A DNA stretch of 64,000 bases from Octopus bimaculoides (GCF_001194135.2 NC_068989.1:13491785-13555784), one strand, 5' to 3'; counted from the first letter of the stretch, positions 50,571 to 64,000 are shown. Program-made: numbers and translations. Notes: generated by a model from the sequence alone, not told the origin.

Positions 50571-50935
50571 TTTGTTGTTGTTGGCACTCCGTCGCTTACG
50601 ACGTCGGGGGTTCCAGTTGATCCGATCAATGGAACGGCCAGCTCGTGAAATTAACGTGCAAGTGGCTGAACACTCTACAGACACGTGTACCCTTAACGTA
50701 GTTCTCGGGGATATTCAGCGTGACACAGTATGACAAGGCTGGCCCTTTGTACTACAGGCACAACAGAAACAGGAAGTAAAAGCGAGAGAAAGTTGTGGTG
50801 AAAGAGTACAGCAGGGTTCGCCAGCATCCCTTGCCGGAGCCTCGTGGAGCATTAGGTGTTTTCGCTCAATGAACAATCACAATGCCCGGTCTGGGAATCG
50901 AAACCGTGATCCTATGACCGCGAGTGCGCCTCCAC
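50571..50935 (-). mobile_element. SINE family A with ~25-nt deletion removing the A box
   Basis: It aligns to the other family A copies, but reads CGCGAGTGCGCCTCC where they read CGCGAGTCCGCTGCCCTAACCACTGGGCCATTGCGCCTCC. The TSD is ATACAGTTA (50562-50570, 50936-50944). Confidence 0.9.
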
Positions 50936-50943
50936 ATACAGTT

Positions 50944-50977
<34 letters not shown>

Positions 50978-51119
50978 NNNNNNNNNNNNNNNNNNNNNNN
51001 NNNNNNNNNNNNNNNNNNNNNNNNNNNNNNNNNNNNNNNNNNNNNNNNNNNNNNNNNNNNNNNNNNNNNNNNNNNNNNNNNNNNNNNNNNNNNNNNNNNN
51101 NNNNNNNNNNNNNNNNNNN

Positions 51120-51179
<60 letters not shown>

Positions 51180-52656
51180 GACACAACAAACACACACATA
51201 TATATATAGGTTGAATTCGTATATTTGTATTATCTGCCTTATTAAGTCTAAATAATCTTAGTTTTGTTCAAGAAATCTCAAAGTTAGTGGAAGAGAAACA
51301 AGAAGTGTGTTGGTTGCCTTTTCTACAAAACGCATTCATATTAAAAAAACAAAAAAAAAAGAAGCATTGAAGTGAATAAACGCTGAGTCGAAAGCAGTTC
51401 AATTGGACTGATTGCTGAGATCTTTATTGTACAGAAACTGAATAATGTCCGCGACAAGAAACGGCATAAGCAAGCCTGTGATGTCTTATCAATAGCAATT
51501 TGTACACCATATCATTTATATACTATGTATGTATCTATACATACATACACACACACGTGCGCGGAGATTGCTGAAGTGTTTGTTAACACTTGTATCGTTT
51601 AGTTCAATTATCCCTCTTCGATATATCATTATTCAAATGAATTGTAAATGTTCGTTAATAGATTTAATTTGGTGTAAGCATACAGAGCAATTGTTATTAT
51701 TAATATAATTAAAGTTAATATATCAAGTAACTTTCTACATTATAGTTCTCCCTCTTTGATGTTATTATAAATGTTGTTGTTTCCATTATCTATGTTGTTG
51801 CTGCTGTTGTTATTGTTATTATACCTAGCGTTAAGTGCAAATCATTCACTACGTATTCATTCCTCGCCTGTTCGTGTTATTAACACTGTTTGGTATTGAA
51901 ACCATCATTAATGTTAGATTTTTATTTCCACGTATAATTTATTCTCAATGCTCAAGTTGCTACCGTTTGTGTGGTTATATAGAGAAGTTGTAGTTGTTGT
52001 TGTTGCTGTTGTTGCTGCAGAAACTGACATATCTATTGCTAATAATCTACAATCAATTATGCTATTAACAATAATGTTAACATTTAGCCATTGATTTTGA
52101 TGTTACATATTTCCACTAACTTTGCAGTAGTTTTGGTCATAGCTAAAACGTTTTCATCATTCTCTTCATCTTACAGATTTATTCCTATAATAGTTGTGTT
52201 TTTACTTGTAGTTTTTGTTTGGTTTTTTTTTCAACTTTTAGTCTAAAATTATTCAGTTCAATTCCTGTTGCCTAGTAAGCTATAGAATACATTTTCGTTG
52301 TATTATACCGCCTTCGTGAATTATTAGAGAACTATATTCCACGTCCTGCATTTCTGAAAGAAGATGATGACTAACTACCAAAATGAAAAGTGGTGGAGAC
52401 AGAGAGACATAGAGACAGACAGAGACAGACGGAGACAGACAGAGAGGCAAAGACAGAAAGAGAGACAGAGACAAAGGAAGACAAAGAGAGAGAGAGAGTA
52501 CAAAACCATTTATAGTATTTTGTATTTCTTTCACTGTTGTGTGTTCAAAACCAGCTGAGGTCGGTATAAACAATTTTCCTTCCAAATGCTAATATGATAT
52601 AACAACCTTGCTGGCATTCCACTAATTGAACTGTATTATAAATGTGTAGCCATATA

Positions 52657-52822
52657 GGTGCTAGAGTGGCTGTGTGGTAAGTAGCTTGCGTACCAACCAC
52701 ATGGTTCCGATTTCAGTCCCACTGCGTGGTACTTTGGGCAAGTGTTTTCTACTCTAGCCTCGGGCCGACCAAATCTTTGTGAGTAGATATGGAAGAAGGA
52801 AGCTGAAAGAAGCCCGTCGTAT
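52657..52822 (+). mobile_element. SINE family B, 5' half only
   Basis: It aligns with 45599-45765, then runs into (TA)n and a gap, with no 3' half. Confidence 0.85.
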
Positions 52823-52945
52823 ATATGTATATGTATGTATANNNNNNNNNNNNNNNNNNNNNNNNNNNNNNNNNNNNNNNNNNNNNNNNNNNNNNNNNNN
52901 NNNNNNNNNNNNNNNNNNNNNNNNNNATATTTGTGTATGTGTGTG

Positions 52946-52977
<32 letters not shown>

Positions 52978-53154
52978 ATAATCGTTAAAAAACAGAAGCA
53001 AGAGAGATCCTATACCGTTAAGAATGTCAAATGTAACAAGAAATAACAAAATCTTGAACATATTTGCGACCAACTTAGAAATCTTAAATCTGTTGTATAG
53101 ATGTAAGTATATACAATACATACACACACAAACACACATACATACATACATACA

Positions 53155-53187
<33 letters not shown>

Positions 53188-53198
53188 GTATGTTTATA

Positions 53199-53242
<44 letters not shown>

Positions 53243-53396
53243 CATTCATCAGTAAGAATGAGTGCTCAACGCCGCGGATAAATATTTTTTATTTTCTCCA
53301 TCATAGTTTCATAGAAGATAGATATGAACTGCGAACTAGTAGAAATACTAGCCGGCTTTTAGTGGAACGGGTAACTCGTAGTCCTGTAAGTGGCAG

Positions 53397-53452
<56 letters not shown>

Positions 53453-53663
53453 TATGCGTACATATATACACAGACGCACATATAAGTACATTTGCTCTGT
53501 ATATAGTATATTTATAAAAGGGTAAAATTAACTGATTCTTCCTAAATTGAAAAAAATGACGAATAACATTAATCGGTTTTCGAATATTATTGTGCTCTCA
53601 TCAGTGGCTTCTGTATCATTCTGACCAATCCCAAAGAAAGAAGGGCTAGAGAAAGCTGGACCT

Positions 53664-53738
53664 ACTAATTTGCATTCCGGAAGTGTTAACTAATTTGCAT
53701 TCCAGAAGTGTTAACTAATTTGCATTCCGGAAGTGTTA
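53664..53738 (+). repeat. 25-bp tandem repeat x3 carrying an octamer and an ETS motif
   Basis: ACTAATTTGCATTCC(G/A)GAAGTGTTA occurs three times. ATTTGCAT is in all units and CCGGAAGT is in units 1 and 3. The palindrome AGTGTTAACACT follows at 53739-53750. Confidence 0.95.
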
Positions 53739-53811
53739 AGTGTTAACACTTTACCTTAAATATCAAGTGCCTGTCAACGGACGTAGATTTAACAGTGTTT
53801 ATATTCTGAGA

Positions 53812-54192
53812 GTGGAGGCGCAATGGCCCAGTGGTTAGGGCAGCGGACTCGCGGTCATAGGATCGCGGTTTTGATTCCCAGACCGGGCGTTGTGAGTGTT
53901 TATTGAGCGAAAACACCTAATGCTCCATGAGGCTCCGGCAGAGGATGGTGGCGAACTCTGCTGTACTCTTTCACCACAACTTTCTCTCACTCTTTCTTCC
54001 TGTTTCTGTTGTACCTGTAATTCAAAGGGCCAGCCTTGTCACATTGTGTCACGCTGAATCTCTCCGAGAGCTATGTTAAGGGTACACGTGTCTGTGGAGT
54101 GCTCAGCCACTTGCACGTTAATTTCACGAGCAGGCTGTTCTCTTGATCGGATCAACTGGAACCCTCGACGTCGTTAGCGACAGAGTGCCAAC
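53812..54192 (+). mobile_element. SINE family A, full length
   Basis: It has a tRNA-like head with A and B boxes and an 11-bp TSD ATATTCTGAGA (53801-53811, 54193-54203). Confidence 0.92.
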
Positions 54193-54692
54193 ATATTCTG
54201 AGATGGCTAGAAGTGTGCGAATTCTGTCGTAAACCTGTATTGTGAAATGTATTGTTTCCTCAATCTTGAATATATATAAGTGTGAAATCTTCTATATAAG
54301 TGTGAAACTCACAGCTGAACAGATCAAGAAAGCTTTTAATATTAGTTGACAGAGCCGCAAATATCCACACTTTATTCAAACATGTCGAGTTTAATATTGA
54401 AATTACAGTTCCTTCCTTCGTCTTAATTTAAATAGTAGCGTGCATTTTCCTACTATCCCTAGCATATCGAGAGATGGCATTTGAAACTCAAATATTGATG
54501 GTGTTGATAATGTTATCATAGCTTTGATTGGAGTTTAACCCGAGACATTAAATACATACTACTTGCTGCTATTGTGCATATCGATGTTATTTTCATTTAA
54601 CCCCAGGTCGTTTAACCAGGTCGAACAGACCAATGATCAACAAATGTTAGTAATTCTAGCATTGCTATAGTTATTATTATTATTATTATTAC

Positions 54693-54732
<40 letters not shown>

Positions 54733-54953
54733 ATGTACAGACGACAGAATTTGTTGTTTTCGTTTTGCTTTCGGTCAGTTTTCATCTAACAGACAGACAA
54801 TCGTTTGAAATCCAGGTCTTCAGTTACGATATCTGGTATTTTTGTTGTTGCCGCCGTTTAGCCTCAGGTCAGACATGATCTAACAAATTTATGATTAAAA
54901 AAAAGGCATAGGATTCCAGTATTCGCTGTTGTTATTAATATTGCAATATTGTT

Positions 54954-54984
<31 letters not shown>

Positions 54985-55136
54985 TCGTCGACATTAGTCT
55001 TCCTGACTGACCTGACTCTACAAAAGTATGCTAAAAATATTGTTCTTGCTTTTTTTTTTCCATTTTTCGTTCCTGCTGTTGATTATGTATATAAAGATAT
55101 ATATGTTTGTGTGTGTATGTGTGTGTGTGTGTGTGT

Positions 55137-55211
<75 letters not shown>

Positions 55212-55293
55212 TTATTTACTAGTAATATTTATACAAATATACATACGTATATATATATGTATATGTATATATATGTATATGTATATATATACG

Positions 55294-55359
<66 letters not shown>

Positions 55360-55640
55360 TATCTTTGCCGGTGCTGATACTTAACCGGGGGTCAGTCTTC
55401 ATCTAGCAGACCTGTGATCAAAAAACATTTTACTTTCGATTTTTCATTCGTGTTGATGTAGCAGTTTAACCCCAGGTCAATTCATCCAAGAAAAATATGA
55501 TGAATATGATGAAAAATGTTTGAGATATCATTCTTCAGTTCTGTCGATGTTTTCGTTCTGTAGTCCAAACAATAGCTTTGATCCCAATAGGCCTACCATC
55601 AAGGAACTTTTGATATCCATTGCTTTCTCTTAAAGTCGAT

Positions 55641-55673
<33 letters not shown>

Positions 55674-56148
55674 ATTGTTGAAATTGCTGATGCTGCAGTT
55701 GCTGTTGTTGGTTAGTTTTGATTCAATACATCTATAAAATAAAAAAAATTCTGAACCTTCTTTATAGGCTTTAGGTATTTTAGTACTACATTATTCAAAC
55801 TAACCATCATTTTTGCAAAACTGAAAGATGTGTGATTTAAAAGTATTCTCATATTCTTCACAGATTGTATGACCACATAGAAATTCGCCTATTTTTCATT
55901 TTATCTTTTTGTAAAGAAGGGTCGTACTTATGACCTTTCAGAGCAGCAGTCCTCAACCTAGTTTGCTCCACACACAACTTACATACAAGACCTAAATCGG
56001 AGATCACTCGCATATAACAAAACACAATCAAGTATATAAAAAATAATTTGATTATTACATACACAATGCATACATATGTATTACATATACGAGGGAATGT
56101 TGTAAAGTTTGTGACTTTGATTAAAAGAAAATACAGGAGGATCAGTTA

Positions 56149-56704
56149 CGAGGGTGAGTCAAAAAGTAATGCCATTTTGTTTGGGACAGGTTTAATTGCC
56201 AACACAGGAACATGTATCATATATCAAAATGAAGCTGGTCCTCTGTGGATCACATCCCTACTTCTCAACATAGTCACCGTTTCTTTCAATAGCAATGTTC
56301 CACCTTCGAATGAGAGCATGTATCCCTGCCTCGTAAAATTCTGTTGACTGTTCTTTGAACCACTTCTTCACTATAGTTTTCACTTCCACGTCACTAGAAT
56401 AACGTTTGCCTCTCAAACCCTCTTTCGTGGCACCGAGGAGATGATAGTCTGAAGGCGCTAAATCTGGTGACTACGGCGGTAGTGAAGAAGTGGCTCAAAG
56501 AACAGTCAACAGAATTTTACGGGGCAGGGATACGTGCTCTCATTCGAAGGTGGAACATTGCTATTGAGAGAAACGGTGACTACGTTGAGAAGTAGGGATG
56601 TGATCCACAGAGGACCAGCTTCATTTTGATGTATGATACATGTTCCGGTGTTGTTAATTATGCCTGTCCTAAACAAAATGGCATTACTTTTTGACTCACC
56701 CTCA
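56149..56704. mobile_element. Mariner-derived non-autonomous element built from two inverted 3' ends
   Basis: The termini TA-CGAGGGTGAGTCAAAAAGTAATGCC and GGCATTACTTTTTGACTCACCCTCA-TA have TA flanks. The arms 56149-56373 and 56480-56704 (225 bp) are inverted copies of each other. Confidence 0.9.
56258..56470 (-). pseudogene. Mariner transposase C-terminal fragment (70 aa)
   Basis: It translates to SPDLAPSDYHLLGATKEGLRGKRYSSDVEVKTIVKKWFKEQSTEFYEAGIHALIRRWNIAIERNGDYVEK*. This contains the mariner SPDLAPSDY motif and the GDYVEK terminus. Confidence 0.9.
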
Positions 56705-56996
56705 TAATTATGATTTATATTCAACATATTCCCTCCTGATTCACACACTTATTGCAACAGTCCTTCAGTTTGTCTCATCCCTGTAAAAGGTCTCGAAAGG
56801 TTGTGTCTCCAACCAGGCCTTTCACTACACCCTTAACTCCAGGAACTTTTCAGCAGGCCCCCTTATAATACATATATAACGCAAAAGCATGTGTCCTCAA
56901 ACATGGTTCTAGTATAAATTGGATTTCGTCTGTCAGCAGATTAAGTCTACCATCCATGATTAGGACCAAGATTAAATCTTAATCCTTCCAGTTAAG

Positions 56997-57032
<36 letters not shown>

Positions 57033-57889
57033 NNNNNNNNNNNNNNNNNNNNNNNNNNNNNNNNNNNNNNNNNNNNNNNNNNNNNNNNNNNNNTTTGAGA
57101 CGGACTCATGTCTGATTTGAATGATATTTTACTACAAATTTTTGAGAATCGGTTAAGCGTCCCCCGTTCGTTCAAATCAGCCCTTGTAGAAACGTCACGA
57201 GAAATGCAGCAATACTCACGCATTCTTATAATCAAATTTTTTTTTTTTTTTTACATTGACAACAATGCATTATAATTGAAGATTTCGTTATTTATGGTCT
57301 AGTGTTGGAATCTGGTTAGTAAATGTTATACAAGAATTCTTCATTACCTCCAAAATAATCCAGATACTATCTTATGTACTGTGGCTACATTCCTCTCATC
57401 AAAAGCCATCCAAGTGTATTTTACTCATCTTTTACTTCCAAACCAACGCTTCACTGAATCTTTTACAAAACCATTCAAACTTCTTCTTTTATCAATTGGG
57501 AGTTCACCATTGGCGGAGCTATGATAAGGCGCGAACCTTCATCAGTCACAATTCCAACATCTTACTCTTGTCACTGTTTCTCTTTCTATCTCGTTTCTTT
57601 ATAATTTCCTTCTGTTATCTACTTCCATGTCGTTGCCATCTTCATCTTTTTCATGTATTTTATACAGTTATTTATTTATATACTTATTTATTTATTTTCA
57701 TTTCACTTTTCCTCGCTTCCTAACAGATTCCTTTATGTCTTGGTTCAATTTTCTTCTTTTGCGTTTCTTTTGTCGTTTCCTTCTTTCCTTCTTTCCCTGT
57801 TGTCGCTAACGTTGTTTCGTTGTTGGTGATGTTACTGTTGCTGTTATTGTTGTTGTTGTTGTTGTTTTTCACCTTCTTTTTCAATTTCT

Positions 57890-58098
57890 TTTTCTTCTTT
57901 GTCTTCTTCTTCTTCTTCTTCTTCTTCTTCTTCTTCTCCTCCTCCTCTTTCTTCTCCTTCTTCTCCTTCTCCTTCTTCTTCTTCTTCTTCTTCTTCTTCT
58001 TCTTTGTCTTCTTCTTCTTCTTCTTCTTCTTCTTCTTCTTCTTCTTCTTCTTCTTCTTCTTCTTCAACTTCTTCAATTTCTACTACTACTACTACTAC

Positions 58099-58139
<41 letters not shown>

Positions 58140-58140
58140 C
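57890..58140. repeat. (CTT)n, then (CTA)n and (TAA)n
   Basis: Read directly: about 185 bp of near-pure polypyrimidine. Confidence 0.95.
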
Positions 58141-58322
58141 TTCGTCGCCGCCATCCTCGTCGTCGTATTTTCCCTACTTCTGTCACCGTGTTCCTTTGAA
58201 TTTTTTCCTGCCCTTATCTTTTGGGGCTTCTGCCATCACTTTCTGTCGTCTTCGTCTTTTCTTCTTTTCTCTTTCTTTTGTCTTGCTTTCTATCTTCCTT
58301 ACATCATCACCACCATTGTCAC

Positions 58323-58369
<47 letters not shown>

Positions 58370-58427
58370 CCGTAGTCGTCGTTAACATCATCATCATCAC
58401 CCTAATCGTCATCATCATCATCATCTT

Positions 58428-58458
<31 letters not shown>

Positions 58459-59063
58459 AGCAGCACCGGCAACAGTATCTACATCGTCGTGGTTGTCAAC
58501 GTCATCATTACCATGGCCACCGCCGTCGTCATCATCACCATCATTATTATCTTTCCCATTCTAGACACTTCGTTCCTTTATATTCTCATCTAGCTTTCTT
58601 TCCAAGCAGCATCGACTTCTCTTTTGCGCCTGCTCCTCTTCCTCCTCCTCCTCCTCCCACTCCTCCGTCTGCAGCTGTATTCTTTTTGATGTGAAAAAAA
58701 ATGCAAGTCGAAATCGAAAGAAAGAAATTTAAAAAGCCCGGAACAAAAAGGAAAGGCAATCAGGAGATGGTTCGAAACGAGGATGTACCACTTTCAGAGA
58801 ACATACCGCAAAGATAACGGGGGATAGCNNNNNNNNNNNNNNNNNNNNNNNNNNNNNNNNNNNNNNNNNNNNNNNNNNNNNNNNNNNNNNNNNNNNNNNN
58901 NNNNNNNNNNNNNNNNNNNNNNNNNNNNNNNNNNNNNNNNNNNNATATATATATATATATATATATATAAAGAGAGACACAGACAGAGATAAACAAAAGA
59001 AAATAAATTGATAGGGAGAGAGACAGAGGCAGACAGACAGAGAGACAACAGACGGACAGACGG

Positions 59064-59095
<32 letters not shown>

Positions 59096-59096
59096 G

Positions 59097-59142
<46 letters not shown>

Positions 59143-59248
59143 TGCGTGTGTTTTTGTATGTGTGTGTACATATCTATATGTGTGTGTGTGTGTATTCATT
59201 TATGTAGGTATGTATGTATATATGTATGATATATATACATATCTATAT

Positions 59249-59292
<44 letters not shown>

Positions 59293-60035
59293 ACAGGCAT
59301 ACGCCTTAATCACTGGCACACACAAATACACACGCACATATATAGAAAAGAAAGAGGAAAAGAGAGAGAGAGGGGGAACAAGAAAGAAGTGGAAAATAAT
59401 AAAGTAATAAACAAAAACAAAAAAACGTGGAATAAAGGTGGAAGAAAAAGATGGATGTAACGGATCGGAAACATGCGGAGGAGGCACCGAAATAGCGGCA
59501 CACATGTAGATAAATCCATTGATAATGACACTGGAATACGAAACAAACGCACATACATACATAACTACATAAATACATACATACCTACATACACACATAA
59601 CTACATACATACATACATACATACATACATACATACATACATACATACATACATACGTATATTTTTGTGTATGTGCGTGCATGAGATTAAGTATGCGTAT
59701 GAATTCTATATGTGAAGTTTTAGAGCCGGTCGTTTTTCGTATAGTATTGAATTTAAATAGAAGCGAAAACGAGAATTAATATGAATTTTTATGCAACAGA
59801 TATATTGTTGATGGTGAATGACATATTAAGCAACATTAAACATTAACTTCTGTTTCTATTAAGAGAGTATTTGCAAGTCGCCATGTTGTTTTTACAAAAA
59901 CGAAATTTAACATAAACGGCAGACATTTTATAAATGCATCTAATACCTTGATTAAGTAACTTAACGATGCCACGTCACGCCTTATTTATTAACAAATCTC
60001 TCTCCCCTCTCTCACTCTCTATCTTTCTCCCAGAC

Positions 60036-60070
<35 letters not shown>

Positions 60071-61184
60071 CTCTATCTCTCTCTATCTATCTATCTGTCT
60101 ATCTATCTATCTATCTATCTATCGATTTATCTATCTATCTATTTCTCTCACGCTAAGCAGATGGATAAAATGCGTTGTATAACTACTATCACACAAACAT
60201 TAGAATGCATAAAAATGTGTGTGTAAGCACGTATCTTTCTGTACATATATATGTATTCATATGTGTGTCTGTGTATGTATGTTTGTATTTATGGGTGTAT
60301 ATATATATATATATATATGTATATGGATCAATATAATATCCTTCCCTCTATCTTATCCTGGTTTTTTGCTTTCTAGTGTTCATTTACATATATATTTAAA
60401 TGCAAATCCATAGAACACGCCCGCATAATATGTTCACAATTATCAAACATAAAAATGTATATCATACATTTAGAGACAGATGTACATACATAAACACATA
60501 TATATATATATGTGTGTACATATACATATAGGTTTATCTATATATGCGTAAACATACGAAACACATATGAAACAGTGTATGTGTATATGCGTTGCTGTTT
60601 TGTGTGATCTGCTTATGGATATTCTAAGTATATTCATATTTTAATCCTTTTGTATGCATGAATATACATGACTGCATTCATGGCTAACTGGTTAAGAATT
60701 CCACATCGCATTCATGTGAGCCCGAGTTCGATTCCACTGCCTGACGTCTTGGAGAAGTGACTCTTGACATATTGAGTTAATCGAAGCTTCGTGAGTCAAA
60801 CTGGATATTCGGGAATTTTGTGGAAAACTGTTCGGTAAATTTTACTCGTGATTAAAAGGAGGGCAACATTAAATGTTAATTACTGATTCTATAACGAACG
60901 TATTTGCAAATCACCATTTTGTTTCTACAAAACAAATTTGAATATAAACATCCGACAGTCTATAAAAGCATCTGACAACTTCATGAAGGCTCTAAAAATC
61001 TATAACGAGCAGTTAACCGAACGACGAGAACACTCATCGTCGAACCCAACGGATGATCCATCGCATTAATATGTGTGTGTATGTGTAATATATATAATAA
61101 GAGACAGAGAGAACAAGTCCCATATTTCGAAACATGATCAACCAAATCATCTCCCGTTTTCTATCTCTTTTTCGTTCTCTCTCT

Positions 61185-61243
<59 letters not shown>

Positions 61244-63168
61244 TAAATTTATGTGCATCCGTATTTTCGTCTCTCACTCCTTTCATTTTGACACCCTCTC
61301 TCCCCCTCTCTCTGTCTCTGTTTCTCACTCTCTCTATGTATATATATATATATATATGTATATACATATATTTATANNNNNNNNNNNNNNNNNNNNNNNN
61401 NNNNNNNNNNNNNNNNNNNNNNNNNNNNNNNNNNNNNNNNNNNNNNNNNNNNNNNNNNNNNNNNNNNNNNNNNNNNNNNNNNNNNNNNNNNNNNNNNNNN
61501 NNNNNNNNNNNNNNNNNNNNNNNNNNNNNNNNNNNNNNNNNNNNNNNNNNNNNNNNNNNNNNNNNNNNNNNNNNNNNNNNNNNNNNNNNNNNNNNNNNNN
61601 NNNNNNNNNNNNNNNNNNNNNNNNNNNNNNNNNNNNNNNNNNNNNNNNNNNNNNNNNNNNNNNNNNNNNNNNNNNNNNNNNNNNNNNNNNNNNNNNNNNN
61701 NNNNNNNNNNNNNNNNNNNNNNNNNNNNNNNNNNNNNNNNNNNNNNNNNNNNNNNNNNNNNNNNNNNNNNNNNNNNNNNNNNNNNNNNNNNNNNNNNNNN
61801 NNNNNNNNNNNNNNNNNNNNNNNNNNNNNNNNNNNNNNNNNNNNNNNNNNNNNNNNNNNNNNNNNNNNNNNNNNNNNNNNNNNNNNNNNNNNNNNNNNNN
61901 NNNNNNNNNNNNNNNNNNNNNNNNNNNNNNNATATATATATATATATATATACATACGCATTAGTATTTTCAAATATGTGGATGTATTTTATATGAGTAT
62001 GTACTGTTGGTTACATGAGTGCGTGCGCTTATGTGTATGTTTGTGCATGTATGTATGCGTTGGTTTGTGTGCATATATGTAGATGTGTGTGCTGTGCACG
62101 TGAATGTCTGCGTAATATAACATTAACAGAAAAATACACGTAAGGATATATGCGTATGCGTGTATGTGTGTTGTATGCTCTGAGTATCACCATACTAAAC
62201 GCAGGAGATTCAGTACGATGAGTTTCATAAATGATATAAGAAGATGGGAACGCCTACAACTTCCTCGTTTCCTCTCAATCTCTCTTCATCGCAGAATAAC
62301 ATAAAACTCACAAACACACAAGGAAGAAAAACAAAACAAAAACAAACAAAGTAAAAACAAATAACATACTAACAAACAGAAAGGAAAAATAGCAAATTCA
62401 ATCTAAGCTAAACATACACTTAAACAAAATGAAATAACTAAAACATAACGAGAAAATAACATTTTTAAAGAAAACCATAACAAACCGTTATTAAATAAAT
62501 AAATAATCATTGAAAAGATTTAAACATTAAATTGTGCACTCCAACGAACAGTGTATTAAACGTTTACGTCACACATGCGAGATCAGCGATAAATCTTAGC
62601 AGAAACCACATTTTGTACAGTAAATATTTCATGTACGTNNNNNNNNNNNNNNNNNNNNNNNNNNNNNNNNNNNNNNNNNNNNNNNNNNNNNNNNNNNNNN
62701 NNNNNNNNNNNNNNNNNNNNNNNNNNNNNNNNNNNNNNNNNNNNNNNNNNNNNNNNNNNNNNNNNNNNNNNNNNNNNNNNNNNNNNNNNNNNNNNNNNNN
62801 NNNNNNNNNNNNNNNNNNNNNNNNNNNNNNNNNNNNNNNNNNNNNNNNNNNNNNNNNNNNNNNNNNNNNNNNNNNNNNNNNNNNNNNNNNNNNNNNNNNN
62901 NNNNNNNNNNNNNNNNNNNNNNNNNNNNNNNNNNNNNNNNNNNNNNNNNNNNNNNNNNNNNNNNNNNNNNNNNNNNNNNNNNNNNNNNNNNNNNNNNNNN
63001 NNNNNNNNNNNNNNNNNNNNNNNNNNNNNNNNNNNNNNNNNNNNNNNNNNNNNNNNNNNNNNNNNNNNNNNNNNNNNNNNNNNNNNNNNNNNNNNNNNNN
63101 NNNNNNNNNNNNNNNNNNNNNNNNNNNNNNNNNNNNNTATATATATATATACATACATACATATATAT

Positions 63169-63199
<31 letters not shown>

Positions 63200-63835
63200 T
63201 ATGCATAAATACATGCGTACATATATACATACAAACATATACCCATACACATACACACGTGCATAAGAATGCGGGTAAATATATGCATATAGTATATAAG
63301 CACACTATATGCATATATGCATATAGTATATACAACACATATATTAAATGTATATATGTAGATATATGTATGTATATTTACATCAATTTATACACATACT
63401 TATATATATGTATATATGTAGCGTATGTAGCATGCATACATGTATACATACACACATGTACACACACGTGCATTTTAACATTCTTCTGTTTCGTTTAATT
63501 TGGCTTTCAATACTGCTAACTGTTTTTCTGGCTTAATGTCTTCTGTTATAATATTATGTTATCTTCCTTCGCTTCTTTTCTTCTCTTTATTTCATCCAAT
63601 GATTTGTTCTATTCCGTTTTCGTATTCCTTGTTTTCTTTGAGTAATTTAAGATTACGCGTTACCGCTTTAGTGGAGAAGAACTGATGGATTTCGATTACA
63701 TGAAAATAAGGGTTATTCGGTGTATATCTGTCTATATATTCTTCCCTAACGAGAGGAGATTTTCTTTGTCAGTGTTTGGTCCACAAGACGCATTTGTCTT
63801 TGCAAATTTCTGCCTAACTATATATCATTTGTATC

Positions 63836-64000
63836 AGTGGCTGTGTGGTAAGTAGCTTGCTTACCAACCACATGGTTCCAGGTTCAGTCCCACTGCGTGG
63901 CACTTTGGGCAAGTGCTTTCTACTGTAGCCTCGGGCCAACCAAAGCCTTGTGAGTGGATTTGGTAGACGGAAACGGAAAGGAGCCCGTCGTTTATATATA
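63836..64000 (+). mobile_element. SINE family B, 5' part running off the window
   Basis: It aligns with 45608-45765. Confidence 0.88.

Noticed and set aside
53812-53890. tRNA-like sequences at SINE heads (also 1614-1686 and 29660-29736)
   Set aside because: They continue into SINE bodies, carry TSDs and lack a proper acceptor stem, so they are not tRNA genes.

Overview
AT-rich, microsatellite-dense metazoan genomic DNA with about 9% N gaps, most of them abutting simple repeats. The SINE content looks like an octopus/cephalopod genome; this is an inference from recalled repeat sequences, not a database result. No complete, nameable protein gene is visible, and nearly all ORFs in the track are microsatellite, gap or SINE artefacts. 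The window is best read as intronic or intergenic DNA. It contains at least five tRNA-headed SINE families, labelled here A, B, C, D and E. It also has a mariner-derived palindrome, two MITEs, a decayed Penelope-like GIY-YIG fragment, weak LINE remnants and a few candidate small exons on both strands. The main discovery is SINE family C (copies at 1362-1720 and 41096-41510). It joins a tRNA-like Pol III head to a 3' tail carrying a minimal type I hammerhead ribozyme with a palindromic stem III, the form thought to cleave as a dimer. In both copies an inverted copy of the tail lies inside the same target-site duplication, an architecture associated with Penelope-like elements. A decayed Penelope-like endonuclease at about 25.8-26.2 kb is followed by a degenerate motif of the same hammerhead layout. 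Together these suggest a ribozyme-bearing SINE mobilised by Penelope-like machinery, which remains a hypothesis to test.
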